Origin: a virus
IMG/VR virus record: IMGVR_UViG_3300011115_000844
Coordinates: 10,102-74,101 of that record
Direction: 5' to 3' (one strand)
DNA length: 64,000 nt
Shown here: piece by piece, positions 1 to 9,795 of the stretch
Layout: every line of letters begins with the position of its first letter
Position numbering within the stretch: position 1 is the stretch's first letter
The notes under the pieces: generated by a model
The model's database searches: none
The model's input: the letters and a program-made list of their open reading frames with translations, nothing else
Told to the model about the DNA's origin: nothing
Made by a program: the position numbers and the translations under genes

Positions 1-141
1 ATGTTGTTTTGTTAACTGAAATGGAAATTGAGTTTGAGTTGATATTTATTTTTAAAATGGCTAAGGAAATTGGGTTTGATATATTCTTTGAAAACAAACA
101 TTCCAACTAAAAAATGTAATTCATACACATAAAACAAACGA

Positions 142-459
142 ATGCTTAATTATCCCGTAGAAAAAGAAGGAATACGTTTTTACAACTATTACTTCTATCA
201 GATAGAAAAACCGATTAGTATTGAAGCCAACAACAAAGCAGATGCAAGGGTTATAATGCAAAATATCTTACCAACATTACCCGAAAAGTATAGAGAAAGT
301 AAAATAGTTGGAGAAACGATTGTAATACCTTTAAAGGGAGTTTCTGAAAAGGTTGTGAAGGGTGTTAAGTATATTTGGGTTGGAGAACAAAAATCAAGGA
401 ATGGTTGGCTTACAGAAGAACAATACAGAAGGGCAATTGCCATGAGTAAAAGAAAATAG
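142..459 (+). CDS. hypothetical protein
   Basis: 105-aa ORF in the + strand operon with an A-rich leader. Confidence 0.6.
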   Translation: MLNYPVEKEGIRFYNYYFYQIEKPISIEANNKADARVIMQNILPTLPEKYRESKIVGETIVIPLKGVSEKVVKGVKYIWVGEQKSRNGWLTEEQYRRAIAMSKRK

Positions 460-489
460 TTTTTATTTATAATTTTAAAACCGATTAAA

Positions 490-1284
490 ATGAAGTTACC
501 TAAGATTTCACAGTCTTTAATGAAAAACTACGTTGACTACCTTAATGGTAAAGAATGTGGCTTATTCTTTAAAGCTAATTACATTGACAAAGACCCCGAA
601 GCACAAAGACCTCCAAGCGATGCCATGAAAATTGGTATTTACTTTGAGTATTTATGTACGGGAGCATTACCTCGCAATGGTGTAGTACCCGAACCCGAAA
701 TGGTTTACAAGGGGAAGCCAAATGAAAAACCTTCATCTGCATACGAAAAGGCGATTGAATCTGCATCAGTATTCAAAAAAATTATTGCACACTACAACAT
801 TAAGATTAAACAGATTGGATTAAAACTTGAACACGAAGGTGTTAATGGTATCATTGATATTCATGCTGAATGGGATGGCAAAGATGTTTTTATTGATTTA
901 AAGTATAGTGGGTTGATTGATGATAAATGGAGTGAGATGGGATGGGATTTGGAATCGTTACACATGAAAGATAGTTTAATGATACAAGGGGTACACTACA
1001 AGCTACTTGCTGAAAAATGTATGGGTATTACAGATATCCCATTCTACTATTTTGTATTTTCAACAACCGACCCTACCAATGTAAAAATTATTAAGCAGGA
1101 AGTTGATGAATCTAAAATGGCTTCGCATATCGTTGCTATTCAAAACATATCACAAAAGTTAACCGATAACATTCAATACGGATTTAACCCTTTGCCTTCA
1201 ATGGCTAAATGTTCTAAATGTCCACTTGCACACAAATGCGATAGTGCAGTAGATTACCCACTTGTAGATGAAATCTTTTATTAA
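490..1284 (+). CDS. PD-(D/E)XK exonuclease (RecE/Cas4-like), likely RecT partner
   Basis: GIIDI...FIDLK...IQGVHY motifs, C-terminal CxxC-x5-C, same operon as RecT. Confidence 0.75.
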   Translation: MKLPKISQSLMKNYVDYLNGKECGLFFKANYIDKDPEAQRPPSDAMKIGIYFEYLCTGALPRNGVVPEPEMVYKGKPNEKPSSAYEKAIESASVFKKIIAHYNIKIKQIGLKLEHEGVNGIIDIHAEWDGKDVFIDLKYSGLIDDKWSEMGWDLESLHMKDSLMIQGVHYKLLAEKCMGITDIPFYYFVFSTTDPTNVKIIKQEVDESKMASHIVAIQNISQKLTDNIQYGFNPLPSMAKCSKCPLAHKCDSAVDYPLVDEIFY

Positions 1285-1301
1285 TAATTAAACAAAAAAA
1301 A

Positions 1302-1511
1302 ATGATTAAAAATTTTATTTTTAGCACTTTAATTGGTGCGTTTGTATTCGGATTATTTTACCTACTTGGTTCATTTTATTCAGTTAGTTTTAACATAAGC
1401 AAATGGAATTTCGGAACAATAGGTTTTATTTCTGCAATTGGTGGAATGTTTGCAATATTTTCTATGATAATTGCTTTTATTTTTAACTTAAATGAAAAAT
1501 TAGAAATATGA
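1302..1511 (+). CDS. small two-TM membrane protein
   Basis: Two hydrophobic segments; stop overlaps next start. Confidence 0.6.
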   Translation: MIKNFIFSTLIGAFVFGLFYLLGSFYSVSFNISKWNFGTIGFISAIGGMFAIFSMIIAFIFNLNEKLEI

Positions 1512-1708
1512 CATCAATAAAATGGTTAGAAGAGAAATTTAAAATATATCTCCCTTCAATACATCAAAAAGGACTTGAAAATGCTTTTGAACAAGCCAAA
1601 GAAATGCACGAAAAGGAAGCATTTGAATTTTGGAATGGTGGTATTAATAGTACAGAAGAGGGAGGTAAGTCATTTGAACAATATTACAATGAAAAACTAA
1701 AAATATGA
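1508..1708 (+). CDS. small phage protein of the 'TxVEWL...QAKEMEK' family
   Basis: Similar to the N-termini of the ORFs at 55972 and 59760. Confidence 0.65.
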   Translation: MTSIKWLEEKFKIYLPSIHQKGLENAFEQAKEMHEKEAFEFWNGGINSTEEGGKSFEQYYNEKLKI

Positions 1709-1956
1709 AAAAGAAAAAAGAAGAAAAACAAACAAAGTTTGAAGGTGTAATTGAACACTATCACGATTCAACTCCATTTTATATGGTCTTTGTAGATGGT
1801 GCTATTCATTCACCAAAAGTAAAACATGAAAAATACGAAGATGCTTTTAGTGAAATGCTACGATTATCAAAACAAGAAAATAAAAAAGCATACATTATGA
1901 TTTCGGTTTCACAAGTGGAGCAAATTCCAAATGTCAAATTATTTAATTTACCATAA
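1705..1956 (+). CDS. hypothetical protein
   Basis: ORF overlapping the upstream stop codon. Confidence 0.6.
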   Translation: MKKKKEEKQTKFEGVIEHYHDSTPFYMVFVDGAIHSPKVKHEKYEDAFSEMLRLSKQENKKAYIMISVSQVEQIPNVKLFNLP

Positions 1957-1975
1957 AAAATTTAAACACAAAATC

Positions 1976-2239
1976 ATGAAAAAATTTAGAAAAAAACCCG
2001 TAGTAATTGATGCAATACAAGTTATTGATAACTTTAAATGTCTTATTGATATTCCAATTTCTGATAGCAAAAATTGGAGTATAGGTGCTGATGATTTAGG
2101 ATTTTATATACTAATCCCAACACTTGAAGGAGATATGAAAGCAAGGAATACCGATTGGATTATAAGAGGGGTAAATAATGAATACTATCCCTGCAAAGCC
2201 GATATATTTGAAAAAACCTACGAAATATTTAATAACTAA
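1976..2239 (+). CDS. conserved phage protein (KKPVVIDA...TLEG...YYPCKADIF type)
   Basis: Widespread small phage family motif; start moved to the ATG at 1976. Confidence 0.7.
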   Translation: MKKFRKKPVVIDAIQVIDNFKCLIDIPISDSKNWSIGADDLGFYILIPTLEGDMKARNTDWIIRGVNNEYYPCKADIFEKTYEIFNN

Positions 2240-2252
2240 AAACTAAAAAAAA

Positions 2253-2804
2253 ATGAAAAAATTATCAATGTTTTTGGCAATATGTTTATTGTCTATTGTT
2301 ACCTATTCTCAATCAGTATTTGGAGTACAAGTTGATGGAAACAAAACCGATGTAGTTAATAAGTTTAAAGCAAAAGGTTTTAAAATACCTATTACTCCAA
2401 GTGCAACTGCCACTTCTTTACAAGGTTATATTGATGGAGTTAAGTACGATATAGTGGTTTGCAATACACCGATTACAAAAAAAGTATGGAAAATAGCCGT
2501 TTATTTACCCGAACAAAATAATTGGTATGATTTAAAAAATACTTACGAAAAGTTTTACGAATTATTTGTAAAAAAATATGGTGAACCAATTAGTTCTTAT
2601 GCTTCTTTTTCTTCTCCATACGAAGAAGGCGATGGGTATGAAATGACTGCCGTAGCAGTTGAAAAATGTAATTATAGTGCTTTTTGGGGTGAAGTTTGGA
2701 TGACTGTTTCTAAGTTTAAGCAAATACAACTTAATTATGAAAATATAGTAAACTCTGAATTATTAGATGCCGAAAAAGAAAAATTAAACACAAAAAACTT
2801 TTAA
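2253..2804 (+). CDS. exported protein with Sec signal peptide
   Basis: MKKLSMFLAICLLSIVTYS|Q, a Bacteroidota-type signal peptide followed by Gln. Confidence 0.7.
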   Translation: MKKLSMFLAICLLSIVTYSQSVFGVQVDGNKTDVVNKFKAKGFKIPITPSATATSLQGYIDGVKYDIVVCNTPITKKVWKIAVYLPEQNNWYDLKNTYEKFYELFVKKYGEPISSYASFSSPYEEGDGYEMTAVAVEKCNYSAFWGEVWMTVSKFKQIQLNYENIVNSELLDAEKEKLNTKNF

Positions 2805-2805
2805 A

Positions 2806-3444
2806 ATGCAACACGAACCAACCAAATACCAAATACCTTATTCTATCAATCTTAATAATACTGAATTTCAAAATACAGTTGACAAGTTGGTTAATGAGCA
2901 TGACTTTACAGAAATAGTAGAAACGGGTACTTACAATGGCTTAGGTAGTACACAAGTATTTGCCAAAACAAACAAGTATGTATTCAGTATTGAATGCAAT
3001 TACAACAACTTTTTAAACGCAAGTAAAAACTTAGCCATGTACGATAACGTATGTGTAATACATGGGTTATCATTAAATAGAAATGCTCTTATTACTGCAT
3101 TGCTTGAAGAAGAATTTGACTTAGATACTACATACGATAGTAAGCACCCAAAATCATTTTACATGAGGGAAATTTCGCAAACTGTTGTTGTAGAGAACGC
3201 ACTTGAATTGTTTTGCAAAAACAAAAGAAAGCAATTGGTATTCTTAGATTCAGCAGGTGGTGTTGGCTATTTGGAGTTTAAATCGTTTATGAGTATTGGC
3301 GATGCCTATTTAGAAAACAAAATTTTAATGCTTGACGATATAAACCACATTAAACACAAAAGGTCGGTTGAATTTTTACTTAAAGAAGGTCACGAAGTAA
3401 GTATTTCAAAAGATAACAGATTCGCATGGTGTATTTTTAAATAA
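2806..3444 (+). CDS. class I SAM-dependent methyltransferase-like protein
   Basis: IVETGTYNGLGST motif I, VFSIE, VFLDS, MLDD. Confidence 0.7.
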   Translation: MQHEPTKYQIPYSINLNNTEFQNTVDKLVNEHDFTEIVETGTYNGLGSTQVFAKTNKYVFSIECNYNNFLNASKNLAMYDNVCVIHGLSLNRNALITALLEEEFDLDTTYDSKHPKSFYMREISQTVVVENALELFCKNKRKQLVFLDSAGGVGYLEFKSFMSIGDAYLENKILMLDDINHIKHKRSVEFLLKEGHEVSISKDNRFAWCIFK

Positions 3445-3463
3445 TCAAAAAAAAACAATCAAA

Positions 3464-4369
3464 ATGAGCAAAACAGAAACAAATCAAATTGTAGTTTCTA
3501 AATCAAAAGAAGCTATCCAAAATTTTGAAAACTACCTTACCAATTACGAAAAGAAGGTATTGCCAAACTTATTGGAAAAACACAACATTGCGCCTTCACA
3601 ATTCGTGCAAGTAGTTTTATCTGAAATAAAAAAGAATGAGAAGCTATTACAAGCGTTTATGGAGAACCCTTCAAGTATGTTTGCCTCAATACTTGCAGGA
3701 GCAGAAGTAGGTCTTATTCCGTCTGATATGCTTGGTGAGTTCTATTTAATACCTCGTAACGTAAAACAAAGCGATGGTAAGTATAAAATGACTGTATGTC
3801 CTTTAATCGGCTATAAAGGGTTAATTAACGTGCTATTGCGTAGTGGCGATGTGGCTAAGATACATACAGAGGTTGTTTATGCAAACGATGAATTTAATGC
3901 CATATACGGATTAGAACCTAACATCATTCACAAACCAAATTTTGATAGCGAAAGGACTGCAAAAAACATTACTCATGCTTACGCAGTTGCTAAAATGAAA
4001 AATGGAGAATATCAATTTGCCGTAATGACAAGAAAGGAAATTGAAACAGTAAGAAGTATGAGTAAGTACGAAAACGATTTATACTTCAATGATAAAATGG
4101 GTATCAACCGTTGGATGGAAAGGAAAGTAGTATTAACTCAACTTGCAAAAATGTTGCCTAAAGATTATTATTCTAAAAAAGCAATTTCAATGGATGGTAT
4201 GATGGATAGTGGTGCTATGCTTACATTAGATGAAAACAATCAGATTAAAATTGTAGAATCAACAACAAGTAAACCTTCAAAGTTTAGAAGTATTTATGGT
4301 ACTTTAAATGCTCCCATAACACCCGAACCGAACAAGGATGATGATTTATTAATTGATAATGCAGAATAA
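3464..4369 (+). CDS. recT: RecT-family ssDNA annealing protein
   Basis: GLIP...GEFYLIP...IGYKGLI...VVYANDEF...AYAVA...MERKVVL...LPK pattern. Confidence 0.9.
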   Translation: MSKTETNQIVVSKSKEAIQNFENYLTNYEKKVLPNLLEKHNIAPSQFVQVVLSEIKKNEKLLQAFMENPSSMFASILAGAEVGLIPSDMLGEFYLIPRNVKQSDGKYKMTVCPLIGYKGLINVLLRSGDVAKIHTEVVYANDEFNAIYGLEPNIIHKPNFDSERTAKNITHAYAVAKMKNGEYQFAVMTRKEIETVRSMSKYENDLYFNDKMGINRWMERKVVLTQLAKMLPKDYYSKKAISMDGMMDSGAMLTLDENNQIKIVESTTSKPSKFRSIYGTLNAPITPEPNKDDDLLIDNAE

Positions 4370-4400
4370 AAAATGGTGGCTTAATTGCCACTTTTTTTTT
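4370..4400. terminator. bidirectional intrinsic terminator
   Basis: GTGGC-TTAATT-GCCAC hairpin flanked by A and T runs, between convergent genes. Confidence 0.75.
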
Positions 4401-5070
4401 AACTGTTCATTCCTACTAAATAAGAATTGTTTGCCGAAATGGTAAATGTTTCATTAAACGTAATAGCCGATGTTGTAGTATTATTATAAATGTACGTTGA
4501 AGTAGTTAAATTGTAAATGTATATGTTAGTACCCGTTGGTATTGCAGTTGTGCTACCTTGAAAAAGTATTGTATCACCTGCAACTACGGGTATGTTTCCA
4601 CTATCGGTATTAGGTGTGCCACCCGAATAAATAGTTACTGCATTTACATATATTTTTATAAGTGAAGCAACTCCACCATAATTAAACTGATAATTTAATG
4701 CAGTTGTTGATGCAGGATTAAATATTTGCAAAGTTGCAAATGCAACATTATTGTTGTAGTTATTTATGAATGTAGAACCTCCACTTGTTGTTATAAAGAA
4801 AAACCCAACATTTAAAGTATTTAAGGTATCGCAAATAGATTGAATTGTTGTTCCACTAAAAATTAATTGAGCAATTGTATATATTATTCCACTTGTTCTA
4901 TATTGAATTGAAATAGTGTTTTCGTTTGTAATCGTAAAACCCGTTAAATTCCATTGATATTTTGTTGTAGCATTGGTTGTGTCCATTGCATCAGCATTAT
5001 TACCTAATATGCTTATTGGTACTGTACCATTGGTATTATTGGTTATGTTAAACGATATAACTTCTTGCAT
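4399..5070 (-). CDS. beta-rich putative virion (vertex/spike) protein
   Basis: Thr/Asn/Ile-rich beta pattern; N-terminus resembles the first strands of the 262-aa capsid candidate. Confidence 0.55.
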   Translation of the reverse strand: MQEVISFNITNNTNGTVPISILGNNADAMDTTNATTKYQWNLTGFTITNENTISIQYRTSGIIYTIAQLIFSGTTIQSICDTLNTLNVGFFFITTSGGSTFINNYNNNVAFATLQIFNPASTTALNYQFNYGGVASLIKIYVNAVTIYSGGTPNTDSGNIPVVAGDTILFQGSTTAIPTGTNIYIYNLTTSTYIYNNTTTSAITFNETFTISANNSYLVGMNS

Positions 5071-5079
5071 AAATTAAAA

Positions 5080-5550
5080 TTAAAGAATATCAACGTATTG
5101 GTCAAAATAATTAGTATCGTTCATGTTCCTTTCTACTGAAACAAAATTATTGATGCCTTGTAAATCAAGTGCATCAGTAGTAGCTATCCTATCGCAATAA
5201 AGTCGGATTAGTAAGTTTGAATTGGGTAACATATTAAAACGTACATAATCTCTACCATCTATAACTATATTTTTTTCTTTTGTATCAATAAATATGGAAG
5301 GTTGAAACTGATAAGGACTGATAGCACTTATTACTGATTGCAAATTTTGATTACCACTACTATCATATTTAGAGTAATTAAACAACCCTTTAATTTGATT
5401 TAGTATTGAAGAAAATAAGTAAACAAAAAACACATTATAAACAAATTGACCTAAACTATTCTTGAATTGAGTATAGGTAGTATTTCCTTGTACGGTAATA
5501 CTAATTGCAGGGGTTGTATTTGTAGTAACAGTAACACCAAATGAAGCCAT
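5080..5550 (-). CDS. paralogue of the putative capsid protein (minor capsid/penton candidate)
   Basis: Aligns with 26950..27738: TYxQF, DxxGNQ, IxPYQxQ, IDG, LPN. Confidence 0.65.
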   Translation of the reverse strand: MASFGVTVTTNTTPAISITVQGNTTYTQFKNSLGQFVYNVFFVYLFSSILNQIKGLFNYSKYDSSGNQNLQSVISAISPYQFQPSIFIDTKEKNIVIDGRDYVRFNMLPNSNLLIRLYCDRIATTDALDLQGINNFVSVERNMNDTNYFDQYVDIL

Positions 5551-6158
5551 TATTTAAACTTTTTTTTATAATACCAATAACCCAATGCAGTTGACCCTAA
5601 AACTAAAATTGCTAAAAATGTGTAATTAATTTTTTTTTTATTGCTTTGATAAAATTCAATAACATTTATCAATAATAATCTTGCATTTAATCCTAAAGCA
5701 TATTTATCTGCTTCTTTTTGACCTTCGGGAGTGCTTATTTCGTGAACCCCAAAATAGTTTCTTGTTTTTAGTTTATTGGCAAATTCTTGGGCATCTTTAA
5801 CATCCCTTAATTCATTAAACCCAATACCATTTCTTGTTTTTTTATATAGTCTTTGTATTACGTCTTTTGCACTATCAATTGGATTATTATACTTTGCGTA
5901 ATAATCCCTATCAACGCAAGTACCCCCTTTTGAACAAGAATCAGACCTTTCATTTAATGGTGCGAGTGTTCCCCTTGTGGCGAGAGGTTGTTTATCTTGA
6001 CCTATAAACTTCATCCCATACATATTATTGTTGTTATTAAAGACATTAGAGCCATAGTTGGCACTTTCAAGTCTTGCTTGTGCAACAATAAGTTTTGAGG
6101 CAATTGGTGAGAAACCCTCTTGTATGGCTAAATTGTATATTTCTTGGTCTAAATTCAC
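5550..6158 (-). CDS. glucosaminidase (GH73-like) peptidoglycan hydrolase with C-terminal TM anchor
   Basis: AQARLES...NNMYGMK...YAKY motifs; C-terminal hydrophobic helix plus KKKFK. Confidence 0.8.
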   Translation of the reverse strand: MNLDQEIYNLAIQEGFSPIASKLIVAQARLESANYGSNVFNNNNNMYGMKFIGQDKQPLATRGTLAPLNERSDSCSKGGTCVDRDYYAKYNNPIDSAKDVIQRLYKKTRNGIGFNELRDVKDAQEFANKLKTRNYFGVHEISTPEGQKEADKYALGLNARLLLINVIEFYQSNKKKINYTFLAILVLGSTALGYWYYKKKFK

Positions 6159-6763
6159 TACTTAAATTTTAATGTTTTTTCAGTTTCATCAAAATACAAT
6201 CTGTTCAATTCATCTTGTGAAAAATTCCTACGGATATAACCTTTAAAAACTTTAGTGCTACCTGCACTTGCTTTACCCACAACCAATGTTCTTTTTAATT
6301 CTTCAACTCCTTGTCCTTCTCTAACACCTTTTAAATTTGTGTTTCCTTCTATCGTTAAAACATGAGTGTTATCAATTATTTCTTTTACTAAAGCGACATG
6401 ACCTTGCATACATATAATATCAGCAATTTGTGGCGTATTAGTATTTAAAAACACATATCTTTTATCGCCTCTTGCATTTAAATTAATTACATTCTCTAAA
6501 GTACCACTTGTACTGCCATTAAAATTTTTTGCTAAAAATTCTCTATCAAAAGAATAAAACTGCATATACACTAATTTGCAATAGTACATACACCATGCTT
6601 GACTACTTTTCCATCCAACTGCTTTCATCATGGCTTGAAAACTTGCATCTACAAAACCTACATTTTCTGAACCTTTTACTATTCTTTCCATTTGACCACG
6701 AAACCCTTTGCTTGTCAAAAATGGATTAAAAACTGATAATAACGGATTTGCAATATCGGGCAT
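6158..6763 (-). CDS. CHAP-domain amidase/endopeptidase
   Basis: AWC...GHVALV...TIEGNT catalytic motifs. Confidence 0.8.
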   Translation of the reverse strand: MPDIANPLLSVFNPFLTSKGFRGQMERIVKGSENVGFVDASFQAMMKAVGWKSSQAWCMYYCKLVYMQFYSFDREFLAKNFNGSTSGTLENVINLNARGDKRYVFLNTNTPQIADIICMQGHVALVKEIIDNTHVLTIEGNTNLKGVREGQGVEELKRTLVVGKASAGSTKVFKGYIRRNFSQDELNRLYFDETEKTLKFK

Positions 6764-6777
6764 AATCTTAAATTTTA

Positions 6778-6921
6778 TTAATTAAATACTTGATAATCTT
6801 TAGCTATGTTTTTAACTGACTCTTCATAAACAATACGGGTTTGTCTTTTTTTATAAAAATAAAAACCTAATGAAGCAATTGCTAATGTACTTGTAAGTAG
6901 TATAATTGATTTTTTATTCAT
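6778..6921 (-). CDS. 47-aa N-terminal TM protein (not in ORF track)
   Basis: MNKKSIILLTSTLAIASLGFYFYKKR..., fills the intergenic gap. Confidence 0.65.
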   Translation of the reverse strand: MNKKSIILLTSTLAIASLGFYFYKKRQTRIVYEESVKNIAKDYQVFN

Positions 6922-6925
6922 AGTA

Positions 6926-7309
6926 TTAATTATTTACCATTATTTCTTTTCCTTCAAGGTCGCATACAACTAATTTGTTATCGCTTTTTCTTCTGTAAAC
7001 CTTACACTTAAATTCCTTAGCAAATTCACGATTCAATTCATCAAGAACACTTTGAGGTTCGCCATTGTTATACGCACTAATGTATGCCTTTAAACAAGCA
7101 AAACCATTTTTAACTTTTGGGTCTGTTCCCATATCCTTTGCAGTTAAAGTTGGTGCAGACATTGTTTTTCTGTCCTTTGGGTCTTCCTCTTTATCAGTTA
7201 CTTTAATATTTGTAGTAGCATTAGGTTTTTTCATCTTTGGTTTAAAGATGTAAAACAATAATATCCCACCTCCAAATACAAGCAATGCTTTCTTTTGTAA
7301 ATCTGTCAT
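6926..7309 (-). CDS. N-terminal TM protein
   Basis: Hydrophobic residues ~8-22 followed by a basic stretch. Confidence 0.7.
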   Translation of the reverse strand: MTDLQKKALLVFGGGILLFYIFKPKMKKPNATTNIKVTDKEEDPKDRKTMSAPTLTAKDMGTDPKVKNGFACLKAYISAYNNGEPQSVLDELNREFAKEFKCKVYRRKSDNKLVVCDLEGKEIMVNN

Positions 7310-7650
7310 TACGCTTTATTTTTTTTGTATAAATAAACACCAACTAATAATGCTATACCCACTATTGCATACACACTAATACGTTGCATATCTTTATTCT
7401 TTAACGCTTCTAATTCACTTCTTTTTGCTTGTTGTAAAACTAAATACGCATCATTTACATCAGATTGTGTTACCGCACCAAATTTATTAAGCAACAAATC
7501 TAATTTGTCTTGTAATAATTTTGCATTGTTTGTTAATTCAGCAAAAACCGTATTTGACAAACCACCTTGTTTAATTCTATCTTTTATATCCCCAAGTTTG
7601 CTTTTTAATTCATCAACAATACTAAGTTGATTATTTGTTGTTGTTTCCAT
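7309..7650 (-). CDS. coiled-coil protein with C-terminal TM anchor
   Basis: Likely start METTT; TM followed by KKNKA. Confidence 0.7.
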   Translation of the reverse strand: METTTNNQLSIVDELKSKLGDIKDRIKQGGLSNTVFAELTNNAKLLQDKLDLLLNKFGAVTQSDVNDAYLVLQQAKRSELEALKNKDMQRISVYAIVGIALLVGVYLYKKNKA

Positions 7651-7651
7651 G

Positions 7652-7996
7652 CTATTTTTTTGTAAGTAAGTAAAGTCCTGCCAATAAAACAATAGAACCA
7701 CCTAATATAACTATTGCAGTCGTTCTTTCCCTTTGTGTCTTTGCTAATTCCTTTGATTGAATTGATGCTACACTTTGTGCTGATTTTAAAGAGGTTACTG
7801 CATTGAATAATAATTCAAGTTTTCTGTTACTATCGTTAGTTCTTGCCAAAGAATTTTCTAACGCTTGTTTTTGTCTATTATCAAGTAGTGCATACGCTTG
7901 TTCAAACTCCCTACGTTTTTTCATGTCGGAAATCTTCGCAACAGTTTCAGCAACCTGCGTACCTACTTTTATTGCATCATCTACACCAAACGCCAT
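7652..7996 (-). CDS. helical protein with C-terminal TM anchor
   Basis: TM followed by KK. Confidence 0.7.
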   Translation of the reverse strand: MAFGVDDAIKVGTQVAETVAKISDMKKRREFEQAYALLDNRQKQALENSLARTNDSNRKLELLFNAVTSLKSAQSVASIQSKELAKTQRERTTAIVILGGSIVLLAGLYLLTKK

Positions 7997-8016
7997 AATA
8001 TTTCATTTTAAATTAT

Positions 8017-8499
8017 TTAAAGACCTATTGATGCAAGTGAATTTTGCATTGATAATGCACCAATCGTTTTTTGTATTGCTTTTTGTTTTATTACGTCAAT
8101 GTCTGCTTGACTACTTACTGATTTTTTACCTAAAACTTTAAATAATGCCGTTTCAGTTTCAGTACCAAAAAACTTATCAGCACCGAATTTAGGCAATGAT
8201 TTAGAATCAACTTTTAATAACAATTCTTGTAATTTTCCTACGCTATCATTTTTTTGACTTCTTCTAATTGGAAATACAAATTCTGTATAAGTTTCTTGTG
8301 TTGATGGCGTTGTAGTTGTACTTGTTGATGGCGTTGTAGTTGTACTTGTTGTACCTACATCTTTTTTCTTATCATCAACATTATTACTCCCTTGTGGCGT
8401 TCCTTTTGCTCTTAAACCTTTTATTACAAAGTAAATGGCAGTACCTACAAAAAGTAATGAAATTACCCCGATTGCTATTGTTCCTTTTTTGTTTGTCAT
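8017..8499 (-). CDS. TM-anchored peptidoglycan-binding domain protein
   Basis: N-terminal TM, Thr-rich linker, FPIRR...VGKLQELL...ADKFFGTETETAL (PG_binding_1-like). Confidence 0.7.
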   Translation of the reverse strand: MTNKKGTIAIGVISLLFVGTAIYFVIKGLRAKGTPQGSNNVDDKKKDVGTTSTTTTPSTSTTTTPSTQETYTEFVFPIRRSQKNDSVGKLQELLLKVDSKSLPKFGADKFFGTETETALFKVLGKKSVSSQADIDVIKQKAIQKTIGALSMQNSLASIGL

Positions 8500-8529
8500 T
8501 TTTTAAATTTTACTTTAAGTTGTTATATT

Positions 8530-9255
8530 TTATTTTAATTCAAACCCATTAGGAGAAAAATAAAGTGACCTTTTCGGCTTCATATTTTCAAAATACAATC
8601 TTATATTACCTTCGGGACTTACAAATGTTTTAGTATAACCTTTTGTACTTAGTTTTGTACCATTATGATAAATATATGTTTTTGGAGTTAATACTCTTCC
8701 ATCAGTTGTATATTCTTCATAAATTACATTTGAATCTGCTAATCCATAAAAATCAAGGTTATTATTTAAACTTAAAGCATCAAGTAATTTATTTGATAAA
8801 ATAATTGCATTATCGTATGTTGTTTTTAGAAATGCTTGGTTTTCAGCAGTTGTTTTCTTTTCGTTTGCTTTCTTAATTATTGCGTCAATATCATCTTGTG
8901 AATCAGCAGTTGTTTTACCTAAAATGCTTTGTAATGCGTCTGACGTAATTTTACCAAAGTCACCATCATCACGATATTTTCCTAATAATGTGTCATCATA
9001 TAGCAATATTGCTCTTTGCAATTCTTTTACTTTACCACCTTTACTACCTTTTTTTAATGGGAATAGTTTTGCTACACTTGGGGTTACGCCACCACTACTA
9101 TTTGTTTCTACTTGACTATTTTGCTTTGGGTCATAATTGGGAGGTGCATCTTGACCTTTTCGCTTTGAATTTTTAACTGCTTTGTAAACAAAGTAAAGTC
9201 CTATTAAAGCAGGTACTCCAAAAATTACATACGGTAAAATCTTATTGTTTTTCAT
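8530..9255 (-). CDS. TM-anchored peptidoglycan-binding domain protein, paralogue of 8017..8499
   Basis: FPLKKGSKGGKVKELQRAI...DGDFGKITSDAL; start moved to MKNNK. Confidence 0.75.
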   Translation of the reverse strand: MKNNKILPYVIFGVPALIGLYFVYKAVKNSKRKGQDAPPNYDPKQNSQVETNSSGGVTPSVAKLFPLKKGSKGGKVKELQRAILLYDDTLLGKYRDDGDFGKITSDALQSILGKTTADSQDDIDAIIKKANEKKTTAENQAFLKTTYDNAIILSNKLLDALSLNNNLDFYGLADSNVIYEEYTTDGRVLTPKTYIYHNGTKLSTKGYTKTFVSPEGNIRLYFENMKPKRSLYFSPNGFELK

Positions 9256-9259
9256 TTTT

Positions 9260-9553
9260 TTATTTTTTAAATAAATACATAACGTATTGAATAATAAAAG
9301 ACCAACCAATTCCTATAATGGTTAGTCCTCCTAATATTTTGCTTTTAACCAACTTATCATTATCAACGTATGCCTTAATATCATTTAACTCATTTACTAA
9401 CCCTTTCTGACCATAAACGGGATTTCCAATAACAGTTTGATTTAATTGCGTCAATGTTTTATCCATTTCACGCAACATACCATCCATGTCATTCTGCTTA
9501 TTAATCATCTGCGATAGCATTGACTTAATACTCTCTACGTTATTCTCTTCCAT
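9260..9553 (-). CDS. coiled-coil plus C-terminal TM protein (holin/XhlA-like candidate)
   Basis: Heptad pattern, GQKGLV motif, single TM. Confidence 0.5.
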   Translation of the reverse strand: MEENNVESIKSMLSQMINKQNDMDGMLREMDKTLTQLNQTVIGNPVYGQKGLVNELNDIKAYVDNDKLVKSKILGGLTIIGIGWSFIIQYVMYLFKK

Positions 9554-9786
9554 ACTCTTTCATGTATAAAATATAAAATTGGTTTCAATATTAAATCGGA
9601 AAATCCAAGTGTTGTAGCAATACTCATATTTCCCGTTGTAATATATCCTATTCCAAAAGTAACACAAGTTCCTAATATTCGATACGTTACGGTCTTTAAA
9701 ATAGATGTTGTAATTGAATTATTTAATTTTTTATGCAACGAATTATCAATGGTATTGTCAACAATATTATAAAATTCCTTAGCCAT
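9535..9786 (-). CDS. DUF2061-like small membrane protein
   Basis: SILKTVTYRILG...YFIHERVW signature. Confidence 0.8.
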   Translation of the reverse strand: MAKEFYNIVDNTIDNSLHKKLNNSITTSILKTVTYRILGTCVTFGIGYITTGNMSIATTLGFSDLILKPILYFIHERVWKRIT

Positions 9787-9795
9787 AATTTAAGT

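Noticed and set aside
490-1284. Cas4 of a CRISPR-Cas system
   Set aside because: No other cas genes or array; context with RecT indicates a recombination exonuclease.
8299-8350. 24-bp tandem repeat
   Set aside because: Simply encodes the Thr/Ser/Pro linker of the PG-binding protein.
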